Below are positions 1 through 8,705 of a stretch of DNA of 64,000 nt, piece by piece (position 1 is the first letter of the stretch; every line of letters begins with the position of its first letter). The DNA comes from Gemmatimonadales bacterium (GTDB lineage: Bacteria > Gemmatimonadota > Gemmatimonadetes > Gemmatimonadales > GWC2-71-9), in contig JBKJMX010000083.1 in the NCBI GenBank assembly GCA_046596135.1, forward strand, positions 66,222 to 130,221, read 5' to 3'. A program made the position numbers and the translations under genes. The notes under the pieces are model-generated. The model was not told the DNA's origin and did not search any database. It saw nothing but the letters and a program-made list of their open reading frames with translations.

Positions 1-19
1 GTAGCAGCGCTGCCGCCAC

Positions 20-844
20 ATGACTGACCCCACTCCCCAGGCCAAAGTCGTCGACGCCGACGAAGTCATCACGCTGGTACCGCCGCGGTCGACGTCGTAC
101 CAGATCTTCATCCTCATCCTCAGCACCGTTGCGCTGGGGATCGTGGCCGCGCTCACTTTCGTCCGGCTCCCTCCGGAGACGGTCGCGGTGCTGCACTGGG
201 CCGATCTCGTTGTCTGCATCTTCTTCTTCATCGATTTCGCCTACTCGCTCGCGACCGCACCCAATCGCACCCTCTACTTCTTCAGTTGGGGCTGGATCGA
301 TCTTGTCTCCAGTATCCCGTTGGTGGTGGGGCTCCGGTTCGGCCGCGCTGTCAGGATCGTGCGGATCCTGCAGGTGCTCCGTGCAGCGCGGGCTTCGAAG
401 ATGGTGGCGTCCTTCCTGATCGACCGCCGCGCGTCGAGCGGTGGCCTCGCCGCCGTGCTGATCGCCTTCCTGGTGCTCTTCTCCGGCACTGTGGCGATCC
501 TGCAGTTCGAGCTCCATCACGGCGGCCCGATCAACTCGGCGGGGAACGCGCTCTACTGGGCCGTCACCACCATGACCACCGTGGGCTATGGCGATCTGTA
601 CCCCGTTACGACAGGTGGGAAGGTTGTCGCATCGGTGATGATGATCGGTGGTGTGATGCTCTACGGCGTGGTCGCCGGCCTGGTGGCGTCGTGGTTCGTC
701 CGGCCGATCGAACGCGAGCTGGACTCCGACACGCGTGAGCTGCATGAGGAGGTGCGTGCGCTCCGCACCCTGATCGAGTCGCGGATCCTGCCTTCGGACG
801 GCGCTGCGGTTCCAGCCCCCCAGGTTGAACAGCCACCGTCCTGA
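20..844 (+). CDS. Voltage-gated-type potassium channel (ion transport family)
   Basis: 274-aa ORF; K+ selectivity filter TTVGYGD (WAVTTMTTVGYGDLYP); S4-like arginine ladder RFGRAVRIVRILQVLRAARASK; several hydrophobic helices. Confidence 0.85.
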   Translation: MTDPTPQAKVVDADEVITLVPPRSTSYQIFILILSTVALGIVAALTFVRLPPETVAVLHWADLVVCIFFFIDFAYSLATAPNRTLYFFSWGWIDLVSSIPLVVGLRFGRAVRIVRILQVLRAARASKMVASFLIDRRASSGGLAAVLIAFLVLFSGTVAILQFELHHGGPINSAGNALYWAVTTMTTVGYGDLYPVTTGGKVVASVMMIGGVMLYGVVAGLVASWFVRPIERELDSDTRELHEEVRALRTLIESRILPSDGAAVPAPQVEQPPS

Positions 845-868
845 TTTCTCCCGAACTGGAGGCCGACG

Positions 869-1726
869 ATGAAACGCGCCTGGCCCGCAATCGCTTTCAC
901 CATCCTGCTGATAGCCCTCGCCCCCGGGCCGGCGGTGGCGCAACTCATCCCCAGCGAGAAGGCGAGCGTCTCGCAGACAATCGATGGCACCACGATCACC
1001 GTCAATTACTCACGCCCCCGGTCTCGTGGGCGTGACTCGCTGATATATGGCACCATGGAACCATGGGGTCGCGCATGGACCCCGGGGGCCGACGATGCGA
1101 CGACGATCGAGTTCAATCGCGCTGTCCACATTCTGGGCAACGCGATCCCGGCAGGCCGCTATTCGGTGTGGATGGTCCTCCGGGAACGCACCCCGTGGAC
1201 ACTGGTGCTGGAGCCACGAGCCAACCTCTTCCACACCCAGCATCCTGACTCCAATGCCCGGCAGTTCCGCGCTGCCATCACTCCCCAGGACGTGCCCCAC
1301 ACCGAGGTGCTCACCTGGAGCTTTCCCGCAGTAGGGATCACTGGCGTGACCCTCGAGATGCGATGGGGGCGCCGGGGAGTCAGTATCCCCCTCGGCATCG
1401 TCCCGACCTTCCCACTCTCGATCTCGGCGGCTGATGCGGCGCCATATCTGGGTGAATACCAGCTCGATGGACAGCGATTCAACGTCGAGATGCGCGGCAA
1501 CGCCATGATAGCCGTGGCGTATCAGGCAGAGGGCGATAAACCGACAGAGTACCAGTTGCTACCACTAGGGAATGATCGATTTGTACAGGGGCTGATGTTA
1601 CGCGGTGAGGTGGCGCGAACCAGCGCCGATACCTTCGTGCAGTTCACCCGAACCGACGGTCGAGTGACTGGGCTGGAAACCTGGGCCGACAAGCGCAAGA
1701 CGGCGACAGCACCGCGGCGACCCTGA
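869..1726 (+). CDS. Secreted DUF2911-like protein
   Basis: 285-aa ORF; signal peptide MKRAWPAIAFTILLIALAPGPAVAQ; N-terminal pattern VNYSRPRSRGRD..YG..PWG..WTPGADDATT recalls DUF2911 (family recalled from memory). Confidence 0.6.
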   Translation: MKRAWPAIAFTILLIALAPGPAVAQLIPSEKASVSQTIDGTTITVNYSRPRSRGRDSLIYGTMEPWGRAWTPGADDATTIEFNRAVHILGNAIPAGRYSVWMVLRERTPWTLVLEPRANLFHTQHPDSNARQFRAAITPQDVPHTEVLTWSFPAVGITGVTLEMRWGRRGVSIPLGIVPTFPLSISAADAAPYLGEYQLDGQRFNVEMRGNAMIAVAYQAEGDKPTEYQLLPLGNDRFVQGLMLRGEVARTSADTFVQFTRTDGRVTGLETWADKRKTATAPRRP

Positions 1727-1748
1727 GGCCGCCGCGGTGGTTCTTGTC

Positions 1749-1922
1749 CTACTCGTCGCGCATCGGGTGCCACGGGTTGGACGGGTCGCCCAAGGCGCCG
1801 AGTCGGCGCTCCCAATCCTTGTTCGTCTGAGCAACCCGCTCGGGGCGGCGACGTGGGGTAACTCGAGGAACGGAGTTCTTGGGACGGGTGCTGCTGCGGG
1901 GACTGGACCGGCGACCTGCCAT
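1749..1922 (-). CDS. Small basic hypothetical protein (57 aa)
   Basis: Below ORF-track cutoff. Minus-strand ATG at 1920-1922 preceded by GGAGG (plus-strand CCTCC 1929-1933) with a 6-nt spacer; TAG at 1749-1751. Peptide MAGRRSSPRSSTRPKNSVPRVTPRRRPERVAQTNKDWERRLGALGDPSNPWHPMRDE; third codon positions mostly G/C. Confidence 0.4.
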   Translation of the reverse strand: MAGRRSSPRSSTRPKNSVPRVTPRRRPERVAQTNKDWERRLGALGDPSNPWHPMRDE

Positions 1923-2318
1923 GATCGACCTCCTGAGATGGACTGACGATCTGCAAGCTGTGCGACCAAATCCCTGAACCCGGGATCGATTTCGCGCAGA
2001 GTTGTGTTAGATGACGATCGCTGCCGTCATGGAAGCACAACCCAATACTACTTCGTTTTGTTCCGGGAGGTGTCAGGGTGGAGGGTCGTCGGTCGTCCGT
2101 CATTAGCTGCGACCGGCCCGGCGGCTGATTATTCGCGCTGGGCGGGAGGTGCGCGGCGGTTGTCGGCGCTGGCGGGCTCGATCGGAGAGTCCACCATCGT
2201 CGGCTCCAACTCGCGGCCTCGCGTACCGCGGGGCCGCTCAGACATTCGAGCCTCCTCTGGTGAACCCTCCGCCTCTCGCCCGCATGCACCGATTGGGTTG
2301 CGCTTTACGGCTGCAAAG

Positions 2319-2504
2319 CGTCAGTCGTCAGTCGTCAGCTGTGAGCGGCCCTGCGGCGAGGTATGGGGGGTTCGTCAGAGGAGGCTCGGACCATACGGGG
2401 GCCGAATGGGCGGGCTTCCGAGCCGACGGTTGACGAACCCCGCGACCGAGCCGCGTGACGGACCCGCGTGACGGAAGATTCGTCAGTCGTCAGTAGTGAG
2501 CGGC
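2319..2504. repeat. Direct repeats (2319-2349 and 2481-2504) duplicating the cutC 3' end and flanking a long hairpin
   Basis: cgtcagtcgtcag[tcgtcag]ctgtgagcggc versus cgtcagtcgtcagtagtgagcggc. They are identical apart from one extra GTCGTCA heptamer and 2 substitutions. Copy B is the true cutC terminus (..PLTTDD stop); copy A would read ..PLTADD stop. Confidence 0.85.
2367..2441. other. 75-nt nested inverted repeat (stem-loop) downstream of cutC
   Basis: GGGGTTCGTCA (2367-2377) pairs with TGACGAACCCC (2431-2441); inner GGCTCGGA (2383-2390) pairs with TCCGAGCC (2417-2424); no U-tract follows on either strand. Confidence 0.6.
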
Positions 2505-3148
2505 GACCGGAGAGCTGCCAGAACCTTCGGAAGCCGTTTCGATCCCGTTGCCCGCAGGTGGATCTCGTCCACCCCTGTCGCGGCGACCAGCCGGGCCACA
2601 TGTCCGCCGCTGATCCCGCCCCCGGCCACAATCGTGATGCCGTCGCCCGCTGCCTGCCGCAACTTCTTCAGGACCTTTCGCCCTTTCCACGCAGTAATGT
2701 GCTGCCCGGAAGTAAGAATCCTGGCTACGCCCAGCGCCTTGAGCTCTTCGATTGCCTCGAGCGGATCGATGACCTCGTCAAATGCGCGGTGGAACGTCAC
2801 CGGTATGTCCTTGGCCGCATCCATGAGGATCGCCATCGCCACCGAATCGACTTGACCCTCGCTGGTGAGCGCACCGGTCACAATCCCATGGGCCCCCAGC
2901 CACCGGAAATGCTTCACATCCCGGCGCATGATCTCCAGCTGGTCCGCTGTATAAGTGAACGGTCCCTCATTTGGGCGAACCATTGCGTACACCGGGATCG
3001 AGACCCGTTCGACCACCATCGATACCAGTCCATGGCTCGGCGTCATTCCCTCCCTATCGAGGTTCGCGCACACCTCAACGCGGTGGGCGCCAAATACCTC
3101 GGCGGCCACCGCGGTCGCCAATGAATCGACGCAGGCTTCGACGATCAT
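2483..3148 (-). CDS. cutC: CutC family protein (copper homeostasis protein CutC)
   Basis: Internal ATG at 3148, 7 nt after the upstream stop; the 75 upstream residues in the track ORF are R/S/P-rich overlap. MIVEACVDS..ANLDREGMTPS..VYAMVRPNEGPFTY..VTFHRAFD..ILTSG fits CutC. Confidence 0.8.
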   Translation of the reverse strand: MIVEACVDSLATAVAAEVFGAHRVEVCANLDREGMTPSHGLVSMVVERVSIPVYAMVRPNEGPFTYTADQLEIMRRDVKHFRWLGAHGIVTGALTSEGQVDSVAMAILMDAAKDIPVTFHRAFDEVIDPLEAIEELKALGVARILTSGQHITAWKGRKVLKKLRQAAGDGITIVAGGGISGGHVARLVAATGVDEIHLRATGSKRLPKVLAALRSPLTTDD

Positions 3149-3155
3149 CGGCTGT

Positions 3156-4484
3156 TCACAGCGTCCAGCCGTTCCGATAGTCGGGATTGATCCACTCCTT
3201 CGGCAGGTCGGTCTTGACGACCCCCTCGGGGGTGAGCTCGACGATCTTCCCCGAGCGCACCGCGAGGCAGCCGTAGAGCACCATCTCGGTGAGCGGACCG
3301 GAATGCTCCACGAACGATGAGTTGGGCCGGGGGCCCTTGCCGGTGATCGCATTGACGAGTTCGTCGTAGACACCTGGAGAACGCTGGTAGGTCACCTTCG
3401 GCGGCGACTTCTTGAACTGTGCGTCCTTCTTCGCGTCGAGCACCCGCAGCCCGTCGCCATAAGCATCGGCGATCATCGCACCCTCGGTGCCGACCCACAT
3501 CTGTCCACCCACCTCGCCCACCGGCCATTCGTCGTACTCACCGAGTTCCGACGGCTTCTGCGGCCAGAGCGATCCATCGCGCCACACGACCTTGACCGCT
3601 GGCCGCTTCCCACGCGCTGGAAATTGGTACTCGACTCGCGACGACTTCGGTGCGGTCTCCTCGTAGAGCGTGGTGCTCTCGGGGATGATCCGCGTGGGGA
3701 ATCGGAGGTCGAACGTCCAGAACGCCGCGTCCATTGCGTGGCAGGCGATGTCGCCGAGCGCGCCGGTGCCGTAGTCCCACCAGCCGCGCCAACGGAACGG
3801 GGCGTATGCCGGATTGTAGGGACGCTCCGGCGCGGGGCCCTGCCAGAGGTTCCAGTCGAACGATGGATGCGGGTTGTGGGCATCGGTGGGACGGTCGATT
3901 CCCTGCGGCCAGATGGGACGGTTAGTCCAGTAATGCACCTCGCGGATCTCGCCGATCGCGCCCGCGTCGTAGTACTCGCGGATCAGTCGCGTGCCGGCGC
4001 CGGCGTGTCCCTGGTTGCCCATCTGCGTCGCGACGCCGCGCTTCCCCGCCTCGGCCATCAGCGTGCGAACTTCGCCCAGGGTGCGCGTGAGCGGCTTCTG
4101 GGTGAAGACAGGCTTGTTCATCTTGAGCGCCGCCATCGTGGCCGCGGCATGCACGTGGTCGGGTGTCGAGATGGTGATCACGTCGAGCTCACTTCCCATC
4201 GTGTCGAGCATCTCGCGATAGTCCTTGAAGCGCTTCGCGTCTGGATAACGCCCGAACGCCTTCCGTCCCTGCCGCCAGTCGACGTCGCACAGCGCCGCGA
4301 CCGATACGCCCGCCTTGACCATTCCGGTGATGTCGGAATCTCCCTTGCCACCGATCCCGATAGAACCCATCCGCAGCATGTCGCTCGGTGCGGTGTAACC
4401 GCGCCCGAGCACGTGGCGCGGGACGATATGGAATGCCGCGCCGACGGCAGCGGCGGACTTCACGAAGGTGCGACGGTCAGCCAT
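3156..4484 (-). CDS. Tat-exported Gfo/Idh/MocA family oxidoreductase
   Basis: 442 aa; twin-arginine signal MADRRTFVKSAAAVGAAF; Rossmann GSIGIGGKG; overall Gfo/Idh/MocA-like layout. Confidence 0.85.
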   Translation of the reverse strand: MADRRTFVKSAAAVGAAFHIVPRHVLGRGYTAPSDMLRMGSIGIGGKGDSDITGMVKAGVSVAALCDVDWRQGRKAFGRYPDAKRFKDYREMLDTMGSELDVITISTPDHVHAAATMAALKMNKPVFTQKPLTRTLGEVRTLMAEAGKRGVATQMGNQGHAGAGTRLIREYYDAGAIGEIREVHYWTNRPIWPQGIDRPTDAHNPHPSFDWNLWQGPAPERPYNPAYAPFRWRGWWDYGTGALGDIACHAMDAAFWTFDLRFPTRIIPESTTLYEETAPKSSRVEYQFPARGKRPAVKVVWRDGSLWPQKPSELGEYDEWPVGEVGGQMWVGTEGAMIADAYGDGLRVLDAKKDAQFKKSPPKVTYQRSPGVYDELVNAITGKGPRPNSSFVEHSGPLTEMVLYGCLAVRSGKIVELTPEGVVKTDLPKEWINPDYRNGWTL

Positions 4485-4525
4485 GAGTCAGGCCCCGGGG
4501 TTGGTGTGGCGAAGCGAGTACAGTG

Positions 4526-5725
4526 TCACGCGTTGACCGCGGCCGGCGCCCGAGCAGGCCGGAATGCCACGGCAAAGAGGACGAAGATGACGAGTGCGCC
4601 GATCGCCGGCACCCGCCAGATCGCGGCCCAGTCGTGGGTGGTGTCGGTAATCTTGTACGCATCGACGATCCGGCCTGAGAGCCACGCGCCGACGAAGTTG
4701 CCGAGACCGAGTGTCACCAGTGCGATGAAGCCCTGGGCGGCGGCGCGAATCTTCGGGCCGGCTTGCTGGTCGACATAGATCTGGCCGCTCACGAAGAAGA
4801 AGTCGTAGCAGACGCCGTGCAGCAGCAGCCCGCCGTAGAGCATCCACATCCGTGAATCCGCATTGCCCATGCTGAACAGGAAGTAGCGTGCGGCCCACGC
4901 CAGCATCGCGACGAGAAGGATCGTCTTGATCCCGTGCTTGCGGAGCAGTACGCCGATGAACAGCATGAAGAACACTTCGCTCATCTGCCCGATCGTCATC
5001 TTGCCGGCAGCGCTCGCGACCCCGATCTCGTTGAGGAACGGGTTGGCAAAGGCGTAGTAGAACTGGAGCGGGATGCAGAGCAGGAAGGAGCCGATCACGA
5101 ATATCGCAAACGAGCGATCCTTGAGAAGTGCCAGCGCATCGAGGCCGAGGACGTCGCGTGCAGTGAGCGCTTGGCCACGACTCGGCGGCGGCGTGTGCGG
5201 CAGCACGAATGCGAAGAGGCCGAGCGCGGCCGACACGCCGGCGGCGATCATGAGCGGAGTTGCGGTGGCATCAACGGCGAGCTTCCCGAGGAGCAGGCCG
5301 ACGGCGATCCAGCCGATCGTGCCCAGCACGCGAACGCCGCCGAACTCGCCGACCGGGTCCTTGAGGTGGCTCATCGAGATGCTGTTGGTGAGTGCCAGCG
5401 TTGGCATGTAACACAGCGAGTAGGCCAGCATCCCGATGAACATCGTGTCGAATGTGGTGAGGGTCGATACATAGAAGAGCAGCGCAGCGCCCACGAGGTG
5501 CAGCAACGCCAGGATCTTCTCGGTGGCAAAGATCCGGTCGGCCACCATGCCGACAAAGAACGGTGAGATGATCGCGGCGATCGCCGTGGTGCTGTAGATC
5601 AACCCGATCTGGGTACCCTCGAACTGGAGGGTCTGTCCGAGGTAGGTCCCGAGGGTGACGGCCCAGCTCCCCCAGATGGCGTACTGCAGGAACATCATTA
5701 CCTGAAGCCGCAGGCGGGTGCTCAT
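4526..5725 (-). CDS. MFS nucleoside:H+ symporter-like permease (NupG/XapB-like)
   Basis: Start at the internal ATG 5725, in an ATGA overlap with the upstream stop. N-terminus [31 protein letters not shown] resembles NupG-family N-termini; about 12 hydrophobic segments. Confidence 0.75.
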   Translation of the reverse strand: MSTRLRLQVMMFLQYAIWGSWAVTLGTYLGQTLQFEGTQIGLIYSTTAIAAIISPFFVGMVADRIFATEKILALLHLVGAALLFYVSTLTTFDTMFIGMLAYSLCYMPTLALTNSISMSHLKDPVGEFGGVRVLGTIGWIAVGLLLGKLAVDATATPLMIAAGVSAALGLFAFVLPHTPPPSRGQALTARDVLGLDALALLKDRSFAIFVIGSFLLCIPLQFYYAFANPFLNEIGVASAAGKMTIGQMSEVFFMLFIGVLLRKHGIKTILLVAMLAWAARYFLFSMGNADSRMWMLYGGLLLHGVCYDFFFVSGQIYVDQQAGPKIRAAAQGFIALVTLGLGNFVGAWLSGRIVDAYKITDTTHDWAAIWRVPAIGALVIFVLFAVAFRPARAPAAVNA

Positions 5726-6456
5726 TTCAGCGAGCGGATGTAGATGTTGCGGAACCAGACGCTGCCGTGGTCGCCCTGGAGGCCTATGTGTCCGCGCCGC
5801 GATTTCCCGTAGGTGGGCCACTGGTTGAACTTGCTGGCGGCGATGAGTGCCTTGAGTTCGTCGGAATCGAAGTCGCCCTTTCCGGTCGGGACGCCGTTGA
5901 GGTAGTGCTCCACTTTCGAGCCCTTCACGATAATTCGTGCGGTGTTCCACTCACCACCGGAGCGGGCGGCTGTGATCGGCGCCGGCGAGAGGCCGTACAG
6001 TGCCCCCGCCGCCGTAAGCGGCGAAAGCCCGTCGCGATGGCCGACGTTGTCGAGGATCTGCATCTCGGGAGCGTTCTCGTAGATCTTTTCGGTCGCCTCG
6101 TGCGCCCAGTAGAACACCCCGCTGTTGCCCTTCGGCGGAACCTTCCACTCAAGGGTGAGCTCGAACGAATCGAACTGCCGGTCGGTGACGAGGTCGCCGG
6201 CGCCGGGGCCGCTGGTGGTGAGCTCGCCGTCCACGACCTGCCAGCCGGCGGCGGAGTTCATCTGGTAGGTGTGCCACCCGGCGGTGGAGCTGCCATCGAA
6301 CAGCAGTTGCCAGCCGTTGCGGCGCTCGTCCTGCGTGAGTGCATTGTGCATTGGTGTCGTCGGAGTGTCGGCGCGCCTGGAGTTCGAGGCGCACGCCGCC
6401 ATGATGATGGCGGCGGCGCTCGTCGCGGCGACGCGGGTGAACGCGCGTCGAGCCAT
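5722..6456 (-). CDS. DUF1080 (3-keto-disaccharide hydrolase fold) lipoprotein
   Basis: [22 protein letters not shown] (RR plus lipobox); [14 protein letters not shown]..; C-terminal [20 protein letters not shown] is typical of DUF1080. Confidence 0.8.
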   Translation of the reverse strand: MARRAFTRVAATSAAAIIMAACASNSRRADTPTTPMHNALTQDERRNGWQLLFDGSSTAGWHTYQMNSAAGWQVVDGELTTSGPGAGDLVTDRQFDSFELTLEWKVPPKGNSGVFYWAHEATEKIYENAPEMQILDNVGHRDGLSPLTAAGALYGLSPAPITAARSGGEWNTARIIVKGSKVEHYLNGVPTGKGDFDSDELKALIAASKFNQWPTYGKSRRGHIGLQGDHGSVWFRNIYIRSLK

Positions 6457-6691
6457 ACTGGATTGCCTCGGTGAGATGTCGGGGATGTGACCCCCCAACG
6501 TTACCGCACCGAGGCGATGTGGGAAAGGTTCAGCCCGCCAGCAGGATCTTCACGGCCTCGACACCGACCGGGCGGAGGAGCTCGGGGGCGATCGGGATCA
6601 GGACTCGCATCGCAGGTCCGGGGTGGGGTGCCCCTCAAAATGCGCGAACGGGCTTGACCGGGCGAGAGGCAATCCCCGAGGATTCACCGGG

Positions 6692-8236
6692 ATGACCACC
6701 CCGATTCCCATGACCACTGCCAACATCGTCGATCGCCGCCTCTGGTTTCTCGCTGCGAGCGTCGTCGCGCTGCACGTCATTGTCAACCTGATTACGCCGT
6801 ACGGCATCCATCGCGACGAGTTCCTTTACGCCGCGATGGGCCGACACCTGTCGCTGTTCCGGATGGACTTCCCCCCGTTGATCGCGATCATCGCCGAGGC
6901 CGAACGCGGGCTGTTCGGTGACACCATCTGGGGGCTCCGGATCATCCCGGCCGTGGCGCACGGCGCGCTGGTGTTGCTCACCGCACGAATCGCTGCCGAA
7001 CTGGGTGGCCAGCGCCGGGCACAGTGGCTGGCCGTGCTTACCGTGGTCTTCACGCCGCTCATGATGCGCACGGGCTCGCTCTTCCAGCCCGTCATCCTCG
7101 ATCAGGTTGCGTGGACTGTCGGCTTTCTCGCTCTCGTGATGATCGCACGCGACAACCGGCCCCGATGGTGGATCATCCTGGGCCTCGCGGGTGGGTTTGG
7201 CCTGCTCGCGAAGTTCTCGATCGCATTCTTCGCAGTTGGCGCCGTCGCGGGGATCATCTTCTCGCCACGTCGGTCCGCACTTCTGACGCCGTGGCCGTGG
7301 GTGGCGGCACTGATCGCTCTTGTGATCGGATCGCCGTCGATTGTCGGCCAGGTGGCACTCGACTGGCCAGTACGAACACAGATGCAGGACCTGCAGGCCT
7401 CGCAGCTCGCCGTGGTGACGCCGAGCGCGTTTCTCACGGAACAGCTGCTCTACGGCCCGATCGCGTGGCTGGGCGTGCTCGGGATCGCCGCACTCCTGTT
7501 CTACCGCCCCCTGCGAGGGGCCAGGCTGATCGGCGTCACGGCAGTGGCGATCGCCGCGCTGCTCATCACCCTGCACGGCAAGGCATATTATCTGGGCCCG
7601 ATCTGGCCGGCACTCGCCGCGGCAGGTGCCGTCTGGCTCTGCGCGGTCACGCGCACCCGGTTTCGCGCCATTGTTCCCGTGTTCACGACCGTGACGATTG
7701 CCTTCGGCGTTGCGATTGGCATCCCGATGGGATTGCCGATTTTGCCCAAGGAAAAGATGGCGGCGTATGCAGCACGCATGGGTATCTCGGCGGCAGTCAC
7801 GACCAACCTTGGGGAAGTTGCCGAACTGCCGCAGGACTTCGCCGACATGCTCGGGTGGGAGGAGTTTGTGCGCGGTGTCGCCGATGTCTGGAACGAGTTG
7901 CCGGAGTCGGAGCGCGCAACGGCGGTGCTCGCGGCAGGCAACTACGGGCGTGCCGGGGCGATCGACTGGTATGGCCCGCGCCTTGGCTTGCCTCCGGCGA
8001 TCTGCGGATGCGGTTCCTACTGGTTCTGGGGTCCGGGCGATCGACGTGGCAACGTGATGGTTGTCGCTGGGGGGACCGAAGACGAGCTGCGGACGTTCAT
8101 GACGAGCGTAACGCTGGAGCGAACGATGACGGATCGATGGCGAGTCGGTGAGGAACAATCGGTCCCGATCTGGATCGGTCGCGGATTGAAGGTCCCGCTG
8201 GACACCTTCTGGGAATCACTTCGTGGACGGAACTGA
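6692..8236 (+). CDS. GT39/ArnT-like membrane glycosyltransferase
   Basis: ATG at 6692; many TM helices; N-terminal HRDEFLYAAMGRHL and overall PMT_2/ArnT-like architecture. Confidence 0.7.
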   Translation: MTTPIPMTTANIVDRRLWFLAASVVALHVIVNLITPYGIHRDEFLYAAMGRHLSLFRMDFPPLIAIIAEAERGLFGDTIWGLRIIPAVAHGALVLLTARIAAELGGQRRAQWLAVLTVVFTPLMMRTGSLFQPVILDQVAWTVGFLALVMIARDNRPRWWIILGLAGGFGLLAKFSIAFFAVGAVAGIIFSPRRSALLTPWPWVAALIALVIGSPSIVGQVALDWPVRTQMQDLQASQLAVVTPSAFLTEQLLYGPIAWLGVLGIAALLFYRPLRGARLIGVTAVAIAALLITLHGKAYYLGPIWPALAAAGAVWLCAVTRTRFRAIVPVFTTVTIAFGVAIGIPMGLPILPKEKMAAYAARMGISAAVTTNLGEVAELPQDFADMLGWEEFVRGVADVWNELPESERATAVLAAGNYGRAGAIDWYGPRLGLPPAICGCGSYWFWGPGDRRGNVMVVAGGTEDELRTFMTSVTLERTMTDRWRVGEEQSVPIWIGRGLKVPLDTFWESLRGRN

Positions 8237-8324
8237 CCGACTGAACACGTAGCCCCGAACTCGAGCCGTACCGCTGCGATGCATGACACTTTCAATGGGC
8301 AGATGCCCTCAACTGGAGCTTCGC

Positions 8325-8705
8325 ATGCCACGTCCCGTCCATTTCGAGATCCACGCCAATGATCCTGAGCGCGCGATCGCGTTCTACGAGGCGATGTTCG
8401 GCTGGACGTTCACCAAGTGGGACGGTCCGTGGCCGTACTGGCTAGTCGACACCGGCTCGGGTATGGGCATCAACGGCGGATTGCTGCCCCGTCAGGGACC
8501 GCAACCGGTCGAGGGCCAGGCCGTCAACGCGTTTGTGATCACAGTCGACGTTGCCTCGTGCGACAAGGCGATGGAGGATGCCGTGGCACACGGCGGCTCG
8601 CTGGCGATTGAGAAGATGGAGATCCCGGCGATGGGCTGGCTCGGCTACGTCAAGGACCCCGAGGGCAACATCCTCGGCGTGATGCAGGGGCTGACGGACG
8701 CGTGA
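8325..8705 (+). CDS. VOC (glyoxalase/bleomycin resistance) family protein
   Basis: MPRPVHFEIHANDPERAIAFYEAMFGWTF..; C-terminal GWLGYVKDPEGNILGVMQ; typical VOC pattern. Confidence 0.8.
   Translation: MPRPVHFEIHANDPERAIAFYEAMFGWTFTKWDGPWPYWLVDTGSGMGINGGLLPRQGPQPVEGQAVNAFVITVDVASCDKAMEDAVAHGGSLAIEKMEIPAMGWLGYVKDPEGNILGVMQGLTDA

Noticed and set aside
2367-2444. 75-nt hairpin followed on the minus strand by CCA, considered as a tRNA-like or tmRNA acceptor element
   Set aside because: No D-arm, anticodon arm or GTTCRA T-loop can be drawn, and the 17 nt preceding the 3' strand do not form a T-arm. The CCA is most simply part of a C-run.
1923-2482. tmRNA, RNase P RNA or SRP RNA in the large non-coding gap
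   Set aside because: I could not find the hallmark strings on either strand: GGAAAGTCCGG and ACAGAACCCGGCTTA for RNase P; TTCGAC with GGTTCGAnTCC and TCCACCA for tmRNA; the SRP GGAA/AGCA domain IV. The ALQP-stop reading near 2300-2330 is not a plausible tag.
6635-8158. 507-aa ORF antisense to the GT39 glycosyltransferase gene
   Set aside because: R/P/G/D/H-rich low-complexity translation with no motifs. It is a typical shadow ORF of a high-GC gene, and the sense-strand membrane protein explains the region.
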